Source: Podarcis erhardii
Taxonomy: Eukaryota
Assembly (NCBI GenBank): GCA_964252035.1
Contig: OZ176207.1
Length of the DNA stretch: 64,000 bases
Strand: one strand, 5' to 3'
A program made the translations under genes and the position numbers. The notes below the pieces were generated by a model. The model worked only from the letters and a program-made list of their open reading frames with translations. It had not been told where the DNA came from and made no database searches. Below, piece by piece: positions 49,551-61,457 of this stretch; positions within the stretch are counted from its first letter, which is position 1, and each line of letters starts with the position of its first letter.

Positions 49551-51625
49551 CATCTCATATGTATCTGACTGGCCACTGGATTAGGTATTACACTGGATTA
49601 CATTCTTTTAATTTTTCTACTGCAAGTCTGCATAGATGCTCATTAGAAAAGTGGGGAAACTTTTCCCTTTTATACTCTCAGTCCTCCTTGATTGCCAGAG
49701 AGAAAGGGGCCTATGTTCGGCAGCATTGTGAACAGCCCATGCCATAGCACTTGCAGGATGCCAATGGATCATAAAAAAGAGCTATCCCGCTCTTGTACAC
49801 TTCACAGCACCCTGATCTTTAGAAAACAGCATAAGTTTATGAGATAAGTGTATGATTTGGCAGGGCATAAAAGCTCTGAAATACGTAAATAATATTATTT
49901 ACCTTCTACGGCCTGAACATCAAGTTGTTGTTAAAGGCACAGCAACAGGGCCAGTAAAATATTGGCAACCATCGCAGGAAATGTCATGCAAATAAAAAGC
50001 ATTATCTTTCCTCTATGGCCTTAAGCGTGGGCATTAGATTTCCAGCACTTCAAAGGAACCTGCAAATTAAACATGAAACGGATTGCTTTGGAATGGTTGT
50101 TGGATTGGAAGTGGCTAAATGTGTGAAACATGTAACCTCTTTCCTCATATCGCTGATAAGTTGGGCATGGGGATATGCCCATATACTTGATATTTCTGCT
50201 GCTGCTGCCAATCTGTAGCAATCCCACAACAAGTTTATTGAATATCAGTAGTCTCTCTCTCCAAAAGAAGGCAATAGAAAACTAATGTCTCCCTCTGGTT
50301 CCATCACAAAAATTGATAAGCATAGAAACAATAATATATGATATGCTGATTTGTGCTGTGTTAGCTTTAATATCCTTTCTCCAATTGGCCTCCAATAGAC
50401 AATATATTCTAAGGTTTAGAAAAGTCTTTGCTTTCCCCAGACCCACTAAAAACACAACAAAGTATATAAAGAATTAGTGAATTTTGAGAACCTTGAAGTT
50501 GCCAGAAGCTGACCAGAAATGGCAATTGGCAGTTTTAAGAGCCTATAGATTACAGGGAAGAGGGAAGATACTTAGTGATGATGATTTCACATTTTCTTCT
50601 TGGAGAGTGGAAGGATATTTTCAGTTTGTTCCAGCTTTTACTTAGCTAATCTTTTGCATATGTAAGTGTTAGGCAAAGGGCCTAATAATCACACTTGGGA
50701 CTGCATGAACAGAAACACTTTATTCAGATCATGGGATTTCATGGTATTGCTCTACTTGGCCCTGATTAGGGCTCAGCTGGAATATCGTGTCCACCTTCGG
50801 GTCATCACAATTTGAAACACACATAAGTGGAGCAAGGTCTCAAAAAAAGTGAAGGGGGAAAATGGTGAGATTCAAAATGCAGGACTTCGAGGGACACACT
50901 GAAGTAGGCTTGTATGGATAGTCTAGAGCGTTTAGGGACCTGAGAGGCATCTTCCAAGGATTCTAAAGGGCCACCATAAAGGAAAACAACCAGGGAAAGA
51001 AAGGGCACAGGTGGAGGAGCAAAGATAGCTCCTAAATACTTTTGGAATAAATTAGTTGAAATATTGGAATCACCACCTCCAACAGTTGGGCATTGTTTCT
51101 AAAAGGAGACTGTCAAGGTATCTGTTGAGGGCAACTTGGAACTCAGCTACATTGTTAAAGAAATAGTGCTTTATATGTGTTGTTTATGAATTCTGTGACA
51201 CCAGATGGTGGAGTTCCATTTTTGCCAACCCGATTTCTCATACAAAGTTTAACTGAAACGCTTTGTTGATGTGTCTAGATCCAGCCTTGGTAATTGGAAA
51301 ACCCTTACTGTGGGATTGTTAACAAAGTCTTATAAAAACAGACATAATAAAAAGCACCTCTGTCTTCACTTTGCTCATCATGCATAAAAGGGGCCTGCCT
51401 GAGAAGCAGAGGACCAGTGATGATTGCTAGCTGAAATGGAAGTGATACAGTTCTAAAAAGCGACAGCACGGGATTCAATTAACACATACTTTATACAACT
51501 TTTGAATGATTAAAAAAAACCTGCTTCTGGTCTAAATATATCTTACATTTAAAACACTGAGCTGGTTTGTGTGATACATTAAGCCAAACCTTAGCTCCGC
51601 AAGATCATACAAAGATTTGCTCTTG

Positions 51626-51821
51626 CAGGGGTGCCAACTTGAATAAAATAGGGGGGGGGGCTGGTGAATAAAATGGGGGGGGGCTGGTAAGCCGTGCCTC
51701 ACATAATCAATCATATGACACAGCAACACACACACCATTTGAATGGCAATGCCCATTAACTTGGGGCGGGGCCCTCAAATATTTTATTGGGGGAACTATG
51801 TCTCCTTTATTGGCTCCTATG
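51626..51821. mobile_element. hAT-like MITE with an internal duplication of a poly-G unit
   Basis: Imperfect TIRs CAGGGGTGCCAA / TTGGCTCCTATG. Flanking direct repeat GCTCTTG (51619-51625, 51822-51828). GAATAAAAT(A)G9-10CTGGT x2 at 51641-51688. Confidence 0.7.
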
Positions 51822-51869
51822 GCTCTTGGCTACAGCTTGCTATAAATGAGAGGAGTGTTTAACCACTAG

Positions 51870-52420
51870 TCCTGGTTAGGATGATACACATCTCCAAACC
51901 TTGGCTTGGCTTGGCTTAGCACAGCATTGGAAAGTACCAGTGGGGAGGAAGGCTGCTGCGAGATCCTCTCTGGGAGCTTGGACATTTGCACAGCCTCACT
52001 AAACTAAGGTTTAGCTTAGCATGTCACCTGACCCAGGCCATTGTCACGCTTAGATTTTTTAAGCTCAGTTTATGTGCAGTGCTACATCAAACTGTGGCAT
52101 AGCACACTTTGTGAGCCTCCGGGCTCCCTGGAGAGGAGATCAAGGCCAGTTTGCTGTTCTGGTCCTGCTGTGCTGCTGTAACCTAAGCCATGGTTTAACT
52201 TAGCATGTCATCTGAACCCAGGCTCATGGTTTCTCCCCTCCAGACAAACTATGAGCTGCAAACAAACCTTGGTTGCAACTCGTGGTTTGAAGCAAGATAA
52301 CTACTAGCCTGCATGTAGACAACATACTGAGCCACAAACCATGGCTTAGCTCACAGCAGCAGGACTGGAAGAGGACCAAAATGGCCTTCATGTGTTCATG
52401 CTAAAACGTGGCTTGCAAAT
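51870..52420. repeat. Degraded repeat cluster with internal inverted arms (AAACCATGGCTTAG motifs)
   Basis: CTGCTGTAACCTAAGCCATGGTTT near 52174-52197 versus AAACCATGGCTTAGCTCACAGCAG near 52336-52359. Motif TTAGCATGTCA recurs. Confidence 0.5.
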
Positions 52421-53871
52421 AATTAAATTAACTTAAAAATAAATAAATCAAGAAATGCAGCAGTTTCCCCTTTAGTTCTGGTCCTGTGACCAGTAGGCAC
52501 CAGTGGGGATGCATTGCTTTTCCAGCTTCCCAGCGCTATATTTTGCTGCTGTTTAGCAAGAGAGGAGGAGGGGCAAAGCAGCAGGGAGCGTCACACAGTT
52601 TGGGCCACTGTTGCCTATAACTCTGCTCTTTGTTTGAACAGCACAAAAGCCAGTTGTAATCCTATGGGGGCAAAAGTTCTTACCTACCTTCCTTGTTGCT
52701 CTTCTTATTTAAAGAATGATATTTATCACTGCTTCCAGAGCTAAGTGTTTCGTTTTTCCATTCAGATGCTGAGAGTGAACTAGAGGGGGATCCTTAAAGG
52801 TGGCAGTGGGGACAAAAGCCAGGCTTATTTATCAAAATAAATCACATTGTTTTCAGAGGTGAAATGGAGACACTTGATGTCAGTAGGGTTTTTTAAGGTG
52901 ATGCAGATTTATAAAATTTTAAAGAGCCCTAGAAGTTGCCTCAGAATCCTGAGAGCGTTTACAAAATTTGCGATAGGCATAAGTGTTGAAGGAGTATTCT
53001 CCAGTGAGCACTTGCAAACTGTTACTTTTATTGGACACAGCTGTTGCTGATTGTGGGTAGAAAAAGTGGTTGGTCGCTTGAATGCTATCTCATTGTCTTA
53101 TAGCATTGCTTGTTGGACTTTTTTATTATTAGCATAACAGCTGTTGGGGGGGGATAGTGAATGAATATAACAGGTACAAAATATCACAGTGAACATCAGC
53201 ATTCTACATTTGTTATAGCCAGGAGTGCCAAAAAAAATTAATTTTTTTTGGCAAAACTTAGGAGCCAGACAGAGTTGTCTAGGAGTCGGTTTCGAGGGCT
53301 CAAGACATGAATGCATGGTTGAAATAAAGTATCCCGTCCTCCCTTGTGTATTCTGCTCTTGTGTCCCATCACTCAGGCATTATATCATGAGGTATGAGCA
53401 CACCTAGGACGCATTGGCTGTTGACATGTGGGCATGTTTAGGCAGTAGAAAGGGCCTTTTCGCTTTTCTTTTTTGTGTGTTGTGCCCTTTTTGTTTTGTG
53501 TCTCTCTCTTTCTGTGTTTCAGGCAGCAAGCCAACAAAAAATCAGATAGAGTATGTGAAGTTAACTCTTTGTTAGGAGAAACATAGCCTGCTCAGGGGAG
53601 CCATGCCTAATGAGCACAGCAAGTCTTCTCAGTAGATCTTGCCCCTACAAGGCAGTTGTGGAGGCTGAAGACACCCACTTTCCCACAGCTGCCCAGGCAA
53701 TCTGAGACTATGCCAACATGCCTGTCTATACTACTGCTTCTTCATACCACTTCTGGTCCTGGGAGACATGGAGGGAGGGGAGCTTGTTATACTGATGGAC
53801 CCATCTAGCTCAGTGTTGTGTACACTGACTGATAATGGGAGTCCTGATAACTGGGATACATTCCTAGCCCT

Positions 53872-54204
53872 AAAGGTAAAGGACTCTGCGAACGACTCTG
53901 GGGTTGCAGCGCTCATCTCACTTTACTGGCCGAGAGAGCCGGCGTTTGTCTGCAGACAATTTTCTGGGTCATGACTAAGCCACTTCTGGTGAACCAGAGC
54001 AGTGCACGGAAACTCCATTTACCTTCCCACTGGAGCAGTACCTATTTATCTACTTGCACTTTGATGTGCTTTTGAACTGCTAGGTTGGCAGGAGCTGGGA
54101 CTGAGCAACGGGGAGCTCATCCCGTCGCGGGGATTCGAACCACCGACCTTCCGATTGGCAAGCCCTAGGCTCAGTGGTTTAGACCACAGCGCCACCCGTG
54201 TCCC
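53872..54204 (-). mobile_element. Sauria SINE, near full length (short deletion next to the tail)
   Basis: AAAGGTAAAGG tail on the left. B box GGTTCGAATCC on the - strand at 54131-54141. Possible short TSD CCTAGC. Confidence 0.92.
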
Positions 54205-55612
54205 TAGCTGGCACTAAATCTGGGATCTTTTGCATACAAAACAGATGCTCTGCCACTGAGCAATGGAGGCTGCAAAAGGGCACTTACTTGTATTTAGCTG
54301 AGCACACATAGGTGCAGCAAAGACTGGGGCATCAAGGGAGTGAGGCCAGTGGCGCAAACTATGCTGGGGCATGACCAATTCTCCCTTACTCATGCATATA
54401 TTGTATGCATGAATAATGTGTGCCTAGTGCCTCTGATTTCACCATAAAAGTCTTGTAAAGAAATGCAGAGTAGGAAGGAGGGCTTCATAGTTGTGGAGAG
54501 TGTTTTATCTCACTCAAAATCAAATTAAAATTTTGTTCCCAAGTGGACAATTTATTTTACCAGAGATATAAGACATTTTTGAGAACTGGAAATAAGGGAG
54601 AAGAGCTTAATGAAGAAGGCATACCAGGGAATTTCCTGAAAGAAAGTTTGCACTCAGCAGTTGCAGTAGAAATTTGGGACAAAGTTTCTTAAAACAATAG
54701 ACCCATGTTTTTAAAGAAGCATTTCCATTACAAAGTGGAACCCATGCAAAGTTGTATTGCGTGAAAACCATAATAACGCTAAGTAAAGTATCCCCCCCCC
54801 CAACTTGCTGCTTGATCTTTGGGCCTTGTGCCAGAAAAGTAGTGCTAAGGAGGGAGCATGCCTTAATGCAGAGCTTCTCAGTCTTTCTGTTCCCATGCAG
54901 CCACTTGGGATGACTGAAAACTACTGATACCCACCAGTCACAAAATGGTGGCCGATGGAGGTGAAGTTTGATAGAATTGATTGGCAGTAACAGTTACCCT
55001 TGTGCCCAGTCCCAATCCCTTTCTCAATTCATGCCTCTGGACAGCTCTCTCTTCTAGCCTTGGATCCTGAAAAATAGCTTCTTCTTGCGATCCAGACAAC
55101 AAGATAGTTCTTCTTACTAATACAGGGATAGCCAGGACAGTTCTTTCTAAATCAGAAGTAGCCAATGTAGAGCTTTCCAGATCTTTTTGGACTCAAAGCA
55201 GCAGCAGCAGCTGGTAGGGCCTAGATCTGGTGAGGGTGGCCTGTGACCAAGGAGATCCTGTAGGTTAGGCGAAGCTGTTCTCATTTTCTTCCCATCCTCC
55301 TCCCTTGCAAAGATGTGGACACAAAAGCATTGCAGTTGTGTAAGTGCTTAGTGCCTAACTCAACTGAAAAGTGTCTAACTTTGGTTTAGGAGGGTTCCCT
55401 GCTGTCTCGATTTCTAGTTTGGGTCTATGTCACAATACCTATGTCAGAAATAATCCCCACCAAATTCCATGAGGAAGTCCCCTAGATAAGATTGGAGTTT
55501 GAATTGGTTGGTGGAAGGTGCCACACAGAACTATTAACAGGGTCCCACCACTAAACTTTCAGCCCAATGGAAAATGCTTACAGCCCATCATCACCTTACA
55601 CCACCTTATGTA

Positions 55613-55847
55613 ACCTCGGGTTACATACGCTCCAGGTTACATATGCTTCAGGTTACAGACTCCGCTAACCCTGAAATAGTACCTCAGGTTAAGAACTTTG
55701 CTTCAGGATGAGAACATAAATTGTGCTCCAGCGGCACGGCAGCAGTAGGAGGCCCCATTAGCTAAAGTGGTGCTTTAGGTTAAGAACAGTTTCAAGTTAA
55801 GAACGGACCTCCGGAACGAATTAAGTACTTAACCCGAGGTACCACTG
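55613..55847. mobile_element. Tigger/pogo-like MITE, family A, copy 5 (left TIR lacks its first 7 nt)
   Basis: Begins ACCTCGGGTTACA and ends TAACCCGAGGTACCACTG-TA. Orientation as copies 2 and 3. Confidence 0.88.
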
Positions 55848-55894
55848 TATTTACTTCTATGGCTTTTTGCCAGAATGTGGAGGGATATCAAATA

Positions 55895-56030
55895 GACCAG
55901 ATTGTAGGAGGCCAGGGTTAAAATCATGACTCATCTATGAAGCTCCCTAGACCACCTTGGGCTATTCACTGTCAGTCTATGTCTCAGGGTTGTGAGGATA
56001 AAATGTGGAAGAGGAGAGCCATAAATTCCA
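55895..56030 (+). mobile_element. Degraded tRNA-derived SINE (Squam3-like)
   Basis: GGAGGCCAGGGTTAAAATC...ATGAAGCTC...CCTTGGGC...CAGGGTTGTGAGGATAAAATG. Related to 61836-61918. Recall-based. Confidence 0.4.
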
Positions 56031-56469
56031 TGAAAAGAAACCAGTCTCATTTGTTTTAATTGGTTCAACAAAAAATAGCTTGTCAAGGGAAGGTAGCAAC
56101 ATGAACAAGCCAGTTTTCTTGGGTTTGGTGTCTACTCTGCTCTGAAAGAAGCCTTTTTGAATTCAATGGTGCTTACTCTCATGTAAGCGGGGTTAATTTA
56201 TTAACTTCATTTATGTGACCTCTCATAACAGTTCTCTGGGCTTGTCCCAAGGCAAAGCAAAACAGTTAAAGCTGGATGCACTATCACTATGCATATCTAG
56301 GATTAATATATTAGACAAAAGGAAGCTCTTAAATAGGTATGTTTGTTGCTTTGGAAACTGAAGAGTTATTGTCAGGTTAAGGGATAGCTAATGTTAAGGT
56401 AGGCATTTAGGTGAGCATGAGGATTAGCCAGAAAATTACATGTTTTAAAAGCTTGGTTTAAACAGTAGG

Positions 56470-56720
56470 AGAAGCTCCTAGAGAGGATAATCAGAATTTA
56501 ATAGAGGAACACCTAGAAAGTTAAGATCTAATGAAAGATAAAGGGCACAGTTCCTCTAAAGTGAGATCATGCCTAGAAATGTTGATTGAATATTTTTACA
56601 AAGTTTATTTGAAAGCATTGAAAGAGTGTGCAACACACACAGTTTCACTGGATTTGAAAAAGCTGTGGAGACAATACAAAAGAAAAGATTAATATGCAAT
56701 ATAAGTACTTAACAGCATTA
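56470..56720 (+). mobile_element. Highly diverged CR1-clade RT fossil
   Basis: Frame from 56501 reads IEEHLES*DLMKDKGHSSSKVRSCLEMLIEYFYKVYLKALKECATHTVSLDL, then after a shift KAVETI. It aligns to the CR1 segment HLE...QHGF.K.RSCLTNL.EFF..V....D....D.VYLDF.KAFD, also visible in the younger CR1 at 39490-39650. Confidence 0.65.
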
Positions 56721-59700
56721 AACTCCTTATAAAAACATCTATTTTGAAGACACACAAGATTTGCAGAATTTAACCAGAAAGGATTAATATTTTCTCTCCC
56801 AAGACCGCACTCGGAGGGAAGAAAAAAGGAAAGAATTAAGAATGAGTAGAAGAATCAACGGGTGATAAAGAAATATAGATAAAATTAGTTTTGAACAAAA
56901 GCGATAGATGTTCAGGCATCTATTTTGATTCTCTCTTTTGAACATTCATGTGGAATGTTGGAGGGTATGTTTCTATATTCTCGACTATTTCCTTTATTTC
57001 AGTATGATTTGAACTTTTAGTGCCATATCAGTACTGTCAAACCTAAGCGCGGACCTGGACAGATTTTAAATGCAGAGGGCACAATTCGGCATAAAGTTAA
57101 GTACTTTAAATACTTCCTAATTAAATGAGAGGGTTAAGCATGTTCTTAGCTCTCTAACGTTGAAATTGATAAGATTCAAAAGTACCTAACTTTAGCTCAA
57201 TTGTGCACACATGATTTTACTGAAGTTTTCAAAAAGACTGTTTAATTCCTAATAAGGGTAGCTTCCACATGACCCGTTTATTGAAGGTTCATCCTGATTT
57301 CTTTGCACAAGGTTTCATTCTGCAATCTGAATTTGCCGCTATGCAATTGAATCCCTATTGCAAAATTGCAACAGTCTGGAGGAACACGTTCCAAAAAATT
57401 TATCAGGAGTTCAGGCCCAAGGATGGGCATGTTCTAGCTGGAGAGTGATGGCAGTGCTCTGGTGAAGAACGGGCAAACAAGCTGTATGCTGGTGGTCTGG
57501 TGGCACAGAGGAAGGAACTGGTTTCCTCGTTCAGTGGCAAGTTCACCAAACCTGAGGAAAAGCTGCAGAACTGGGAGTTCTTATATTAGACCACAGCACT
57601 GAATTGGCCTTCTAACATCACCTAACTTTTCAGGTCAGGAATATTATGAGCTGTTTTATGAACTGCTATAATTCAGCATTGGCTACCATCCCCAGTGGTA
57701 CAAGGAGTTAGCATCACAGTTGTATTTAAGGGGGAGAAAACCTTTATGCAGTTTTCTATATGAATTTTTAGGCTTGAGCCACATACCGCCGTATTCAGTG
57801 AGGAAATCCCATGGGCTGTTGCGGATCTATGCCAATCTCTTACTCGAGCTCCATAATAGTTTATAAGTCTACAATTAATTTTGGAAGGAGAGTTGTAGTC
57901 ACAGTGTTTGAATTGGTTTTTTTTTTTATCTCTAACATACAGAGTAAAGGCAAACTGCATACTTTTTTGGCAAATTTTGAATGAAGGATTGAGATGTGCA
58001 TCATTAATTAGTAATACTTGTTTATAAGCCTAAACAAAGATATCACACTGTTACACACTTTGCACTTCCTCAAATAGTGAGAATTTCCAGGGGCAGTGCT
58101 ACAGGGTTTAATTTCGTTTGAATGAGAGCACTGGAGACTTACGATGTCTTTGCAATATCTGTTCATTTACAAATATACAAGCAGAGCATATTAGAAGCAA
58201 ACTGACACTCCCTCAGCAGGCAAGAATTCCACTAACCCCACATCTGATTCTCAGAGAGAGTGCTTGCAACCCAGGGGCGATTCACTTTCAGCCAACTCAC
58301 TGCTCTCTGTTTGATTCACTCTCAGTTCACTCTGCACACACCTTTCCTTCCCCCTCACACAAATGCCCCTACAGAGACCTGCTGTCAAGCCCCATCTCCT
58401 ACAGATAAATTGCTCATTCAGGAAAAAAAATATCTCATGACCACTAGCTTCTGCTGATGAAACGCCAGCTTAACAGCCCCTGACTATTGGCAGGCAAGCA
58501 GCTTTGCAGAGTGGTCTTCTGGCTTCCACACCAAAGCTAACTTTATTGCTTTTGAAAGATACTGCCTGGGATCTTGATGGCATTGCTTCACCCTATATTG
58601 TAGTTTTCATTCTACCTATATAGTATTCCTGATCAGGGCCTCTGTCCATGTGACAGCACAGATTCAGGTTGCTGAAGAGTTTCCTGGTTTTTCTTCTACC
58701 CATATTTTTCCATGTTGCCCTTTAAACCAAAACATTTTTCTTAATGTACCTGCCTGATTTCTTTCATCCATGAGATACCTGCCAACCTACACACCCCAAA
58801 TAATACGCATTTTCCAAAGCTGTCACTAAGCAAGAACACTCCCCGTACGCTGCTTTGTGATCATGTTTGGTGAAAAGTGGTCTACAAATCTTGGAAGTAA
58901 ATAAACACTAAAATTTACACTTAATAAAAATATTAATATATATTGCCATTATATTTGACCTCTGTCCTTTCTTCAGCATGAGTTAGATAGCACCACTGCA
59001 TGGAGAGACTAGCAGCAAAATGAAAAGAAAACTACCATAGCAGTAGCCAGCACCCACTTCTTTTAGAGACTGATCCAAGAGGCATTCAAATGAGAAGTGT
59101 ACTGCTGATTTCAGAAGAAGTCAATCCTTTGCTGCTTTGTTAAAAGAAACAAAATGATGGAAATAAGAATGCTGTGTTTGCTTCTGCAAGGTTTGAATAT
59201 GACAGCATTTTTGATCATTTAAAAATCTTAAGTTCGTTGACACAAGTCTAGTTAAGTATATTGCTGACTTAATAAAAGTTGATAGTAACATTTTAGAAGC
59301 TCTTTGGAATCTAAAAAGAACTAGTGTTTGATCTAGCAGCAGAGACAAAAACAGTCTCTTGTTTTATGATAAAAGAAGATGTCTGTGTTGATCTTCAAGT
59401 ATGTCAGATCATTCTGAAGAGGCTAGTAAGAGCTGTGTTGTTGTTGTTTTTGTCAAGTGATTTTTCTTGCTATCATTAAGCTTCAAATAAAGTTGGGGGG
59501 GGAGAGCTTTGTACGTTGTGTCATTGCATTCATCCGTCATAATTTCTGTTGACAATTCTCGACATGCACTATGTTTTACTGTTCTAACGAGAGAAAAGAC
59601 CAGCCATTAAGTTTACGTTTCTTTGTTTTTCAATAAAGTCACATATCAGGAGTAATGCTGGGGTATGCTAATAAGCCATATATAATGTTAGGCACCTGGG

Positions 59701-61398
59701 AGCAAGAAATATTTTCTAACTAGTTCTAAAGGGAAATAATGTTAAAAAAGGAAGAGTGATTGTTATATACGCAATGTGTTCTGGCCTATGTGTCAGTATC
59801 AAAAACATCTTTTAAGGAACTTGGCACAATAAATCTCTCAACCTTGATGGTTGTTATTTAAAAGTCTATTGTAGATGCAATTTTCCTACCTGGCATGTTC
59901 TGTTTTAGAGTCCCAGGTACCTGAAATACATTTTTCCTCATCTTGACATGTCTTATGTAGGGATAATGGTGAAATTTGCTACAAGCAGACCAAGCATCAA
60001 ACTGATCCATAGTCCACTTTTCCACTCTCTTTGTGAAGTATGCTTGCTTGTAGTGAATTTCTGTCAATTTCCTGCTTACAATTAACAAAAAAAATTATAT
60101 GACAACATTTGTTCCGCTAAGATTCAGCTACCATCAGCGGTAACATCTGATCTTACCTGTCTGCTAAAAGGGTACTGCTGAAATGTGCATTCACATTTAC
60201 TTCTGTAATTGATCCACTGTTCAAGTGACTATTTTAGCCATTAACAACCATTAACATTCATTATTTTATCGTTAACCCATTTCTCATTTTTTCGTTCCAT
60301 GTGATTTTGCCAAACTCACAATGAAAGCACAGCCATTGTCTTACATCTTAAAGTGAAAATGTTATATTTATTAATGCAGCAAAAAAATGGAATTCATCTG
60401 TATTTTGTGAGTGTTGAAATGTGAGCATGATGCATATAGTTTTTATAATAATATTACATTTTTTATTATACCACTATAATAATCTTCCTATCAGTGGTTA
60501 ATACTTATTAGCTTTTGTCCATGCAAAAATAAAAACTGCATTCTCCCCACGCCTGGCCAAAGTGTGTGGTGGGTTGTGGTGAAAATCATAAGCACACCCT
60601 GCAAGCCATGCCTTGAGCGATGTGAACTGGGGGTTTTTAGGGAGCATGGGTAGGTGGATGAATCATAAGCACATGCTGCCCTAAAATCCAAATGAACAAT
60701 AAATGAAATGGGTTACTGATTTGCTTGACAATTTAAGTTGTTAATGTGGTAGCTGGTTGACAAGGAAAAACCACAAACAATAGTAAGGGGACAGGGGCTT
60801 CGTTGCCTTCTCATCTTCACTTGAACAGTAACCTTGAGGCAAGATGCATACTTCAGTGGCCTCACTGAGTTTTCAACCATCCCTGAGATCGTCACAAAGA
60901 ACGTAAACAATATTGTTATTTTTGAAAACCTAAGAACTGGATCAGCAATGGTTAAAAATAGCAAAGTGAGAACTGAAGCGAATTGGTACTGGTGATGAAT
61001 CTCTTGAATTGTAATCTGCACTGGCATCAAGTAATGGACCACATCCCTACAAGTGCCACCTTAAAGAGTAAATAAATGGTCCCCATCCATCGCCAAATTA
61101 AATTAAATTAAACCTGGGTTTATTCTAAGGCACCAGTCTATCTAAAGATATTTCTACCTAAGTATTTGCCACTTGAAGCAAATGATATTATTAAAATAAA
61201 TTACAGTTGTTGTAAATGAGCAAGTATGCAATTGAAAGATTTAGAAATATGAAGTTAATAGGGTATATATGCTATGGCAAATGAAAGTTGGTGGATCTTG
61301 ATATTTACTTGCAATTCTCAAGATTTTAGGAGGCCCAGCCAGAAATGTCAGATGTTTGTGTCCCAGGGCTTATAAATGTCCTTCACTGGTAAATGATA

Positions 61399-61457
61399 GA
61401 AATGAGGATGAGATTTAGACATTTACGATGGAAATGAAGATGACATTTAGACATTTA
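61399..61457. repeat. 27-nt direct repeat, period 32 (25/27 identical)
   Basis: GAAATGAGGATGAGATTTAGACATTTA / GAAATGAAGATGACATTTAGACATTTA. Confidence 0.9.
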
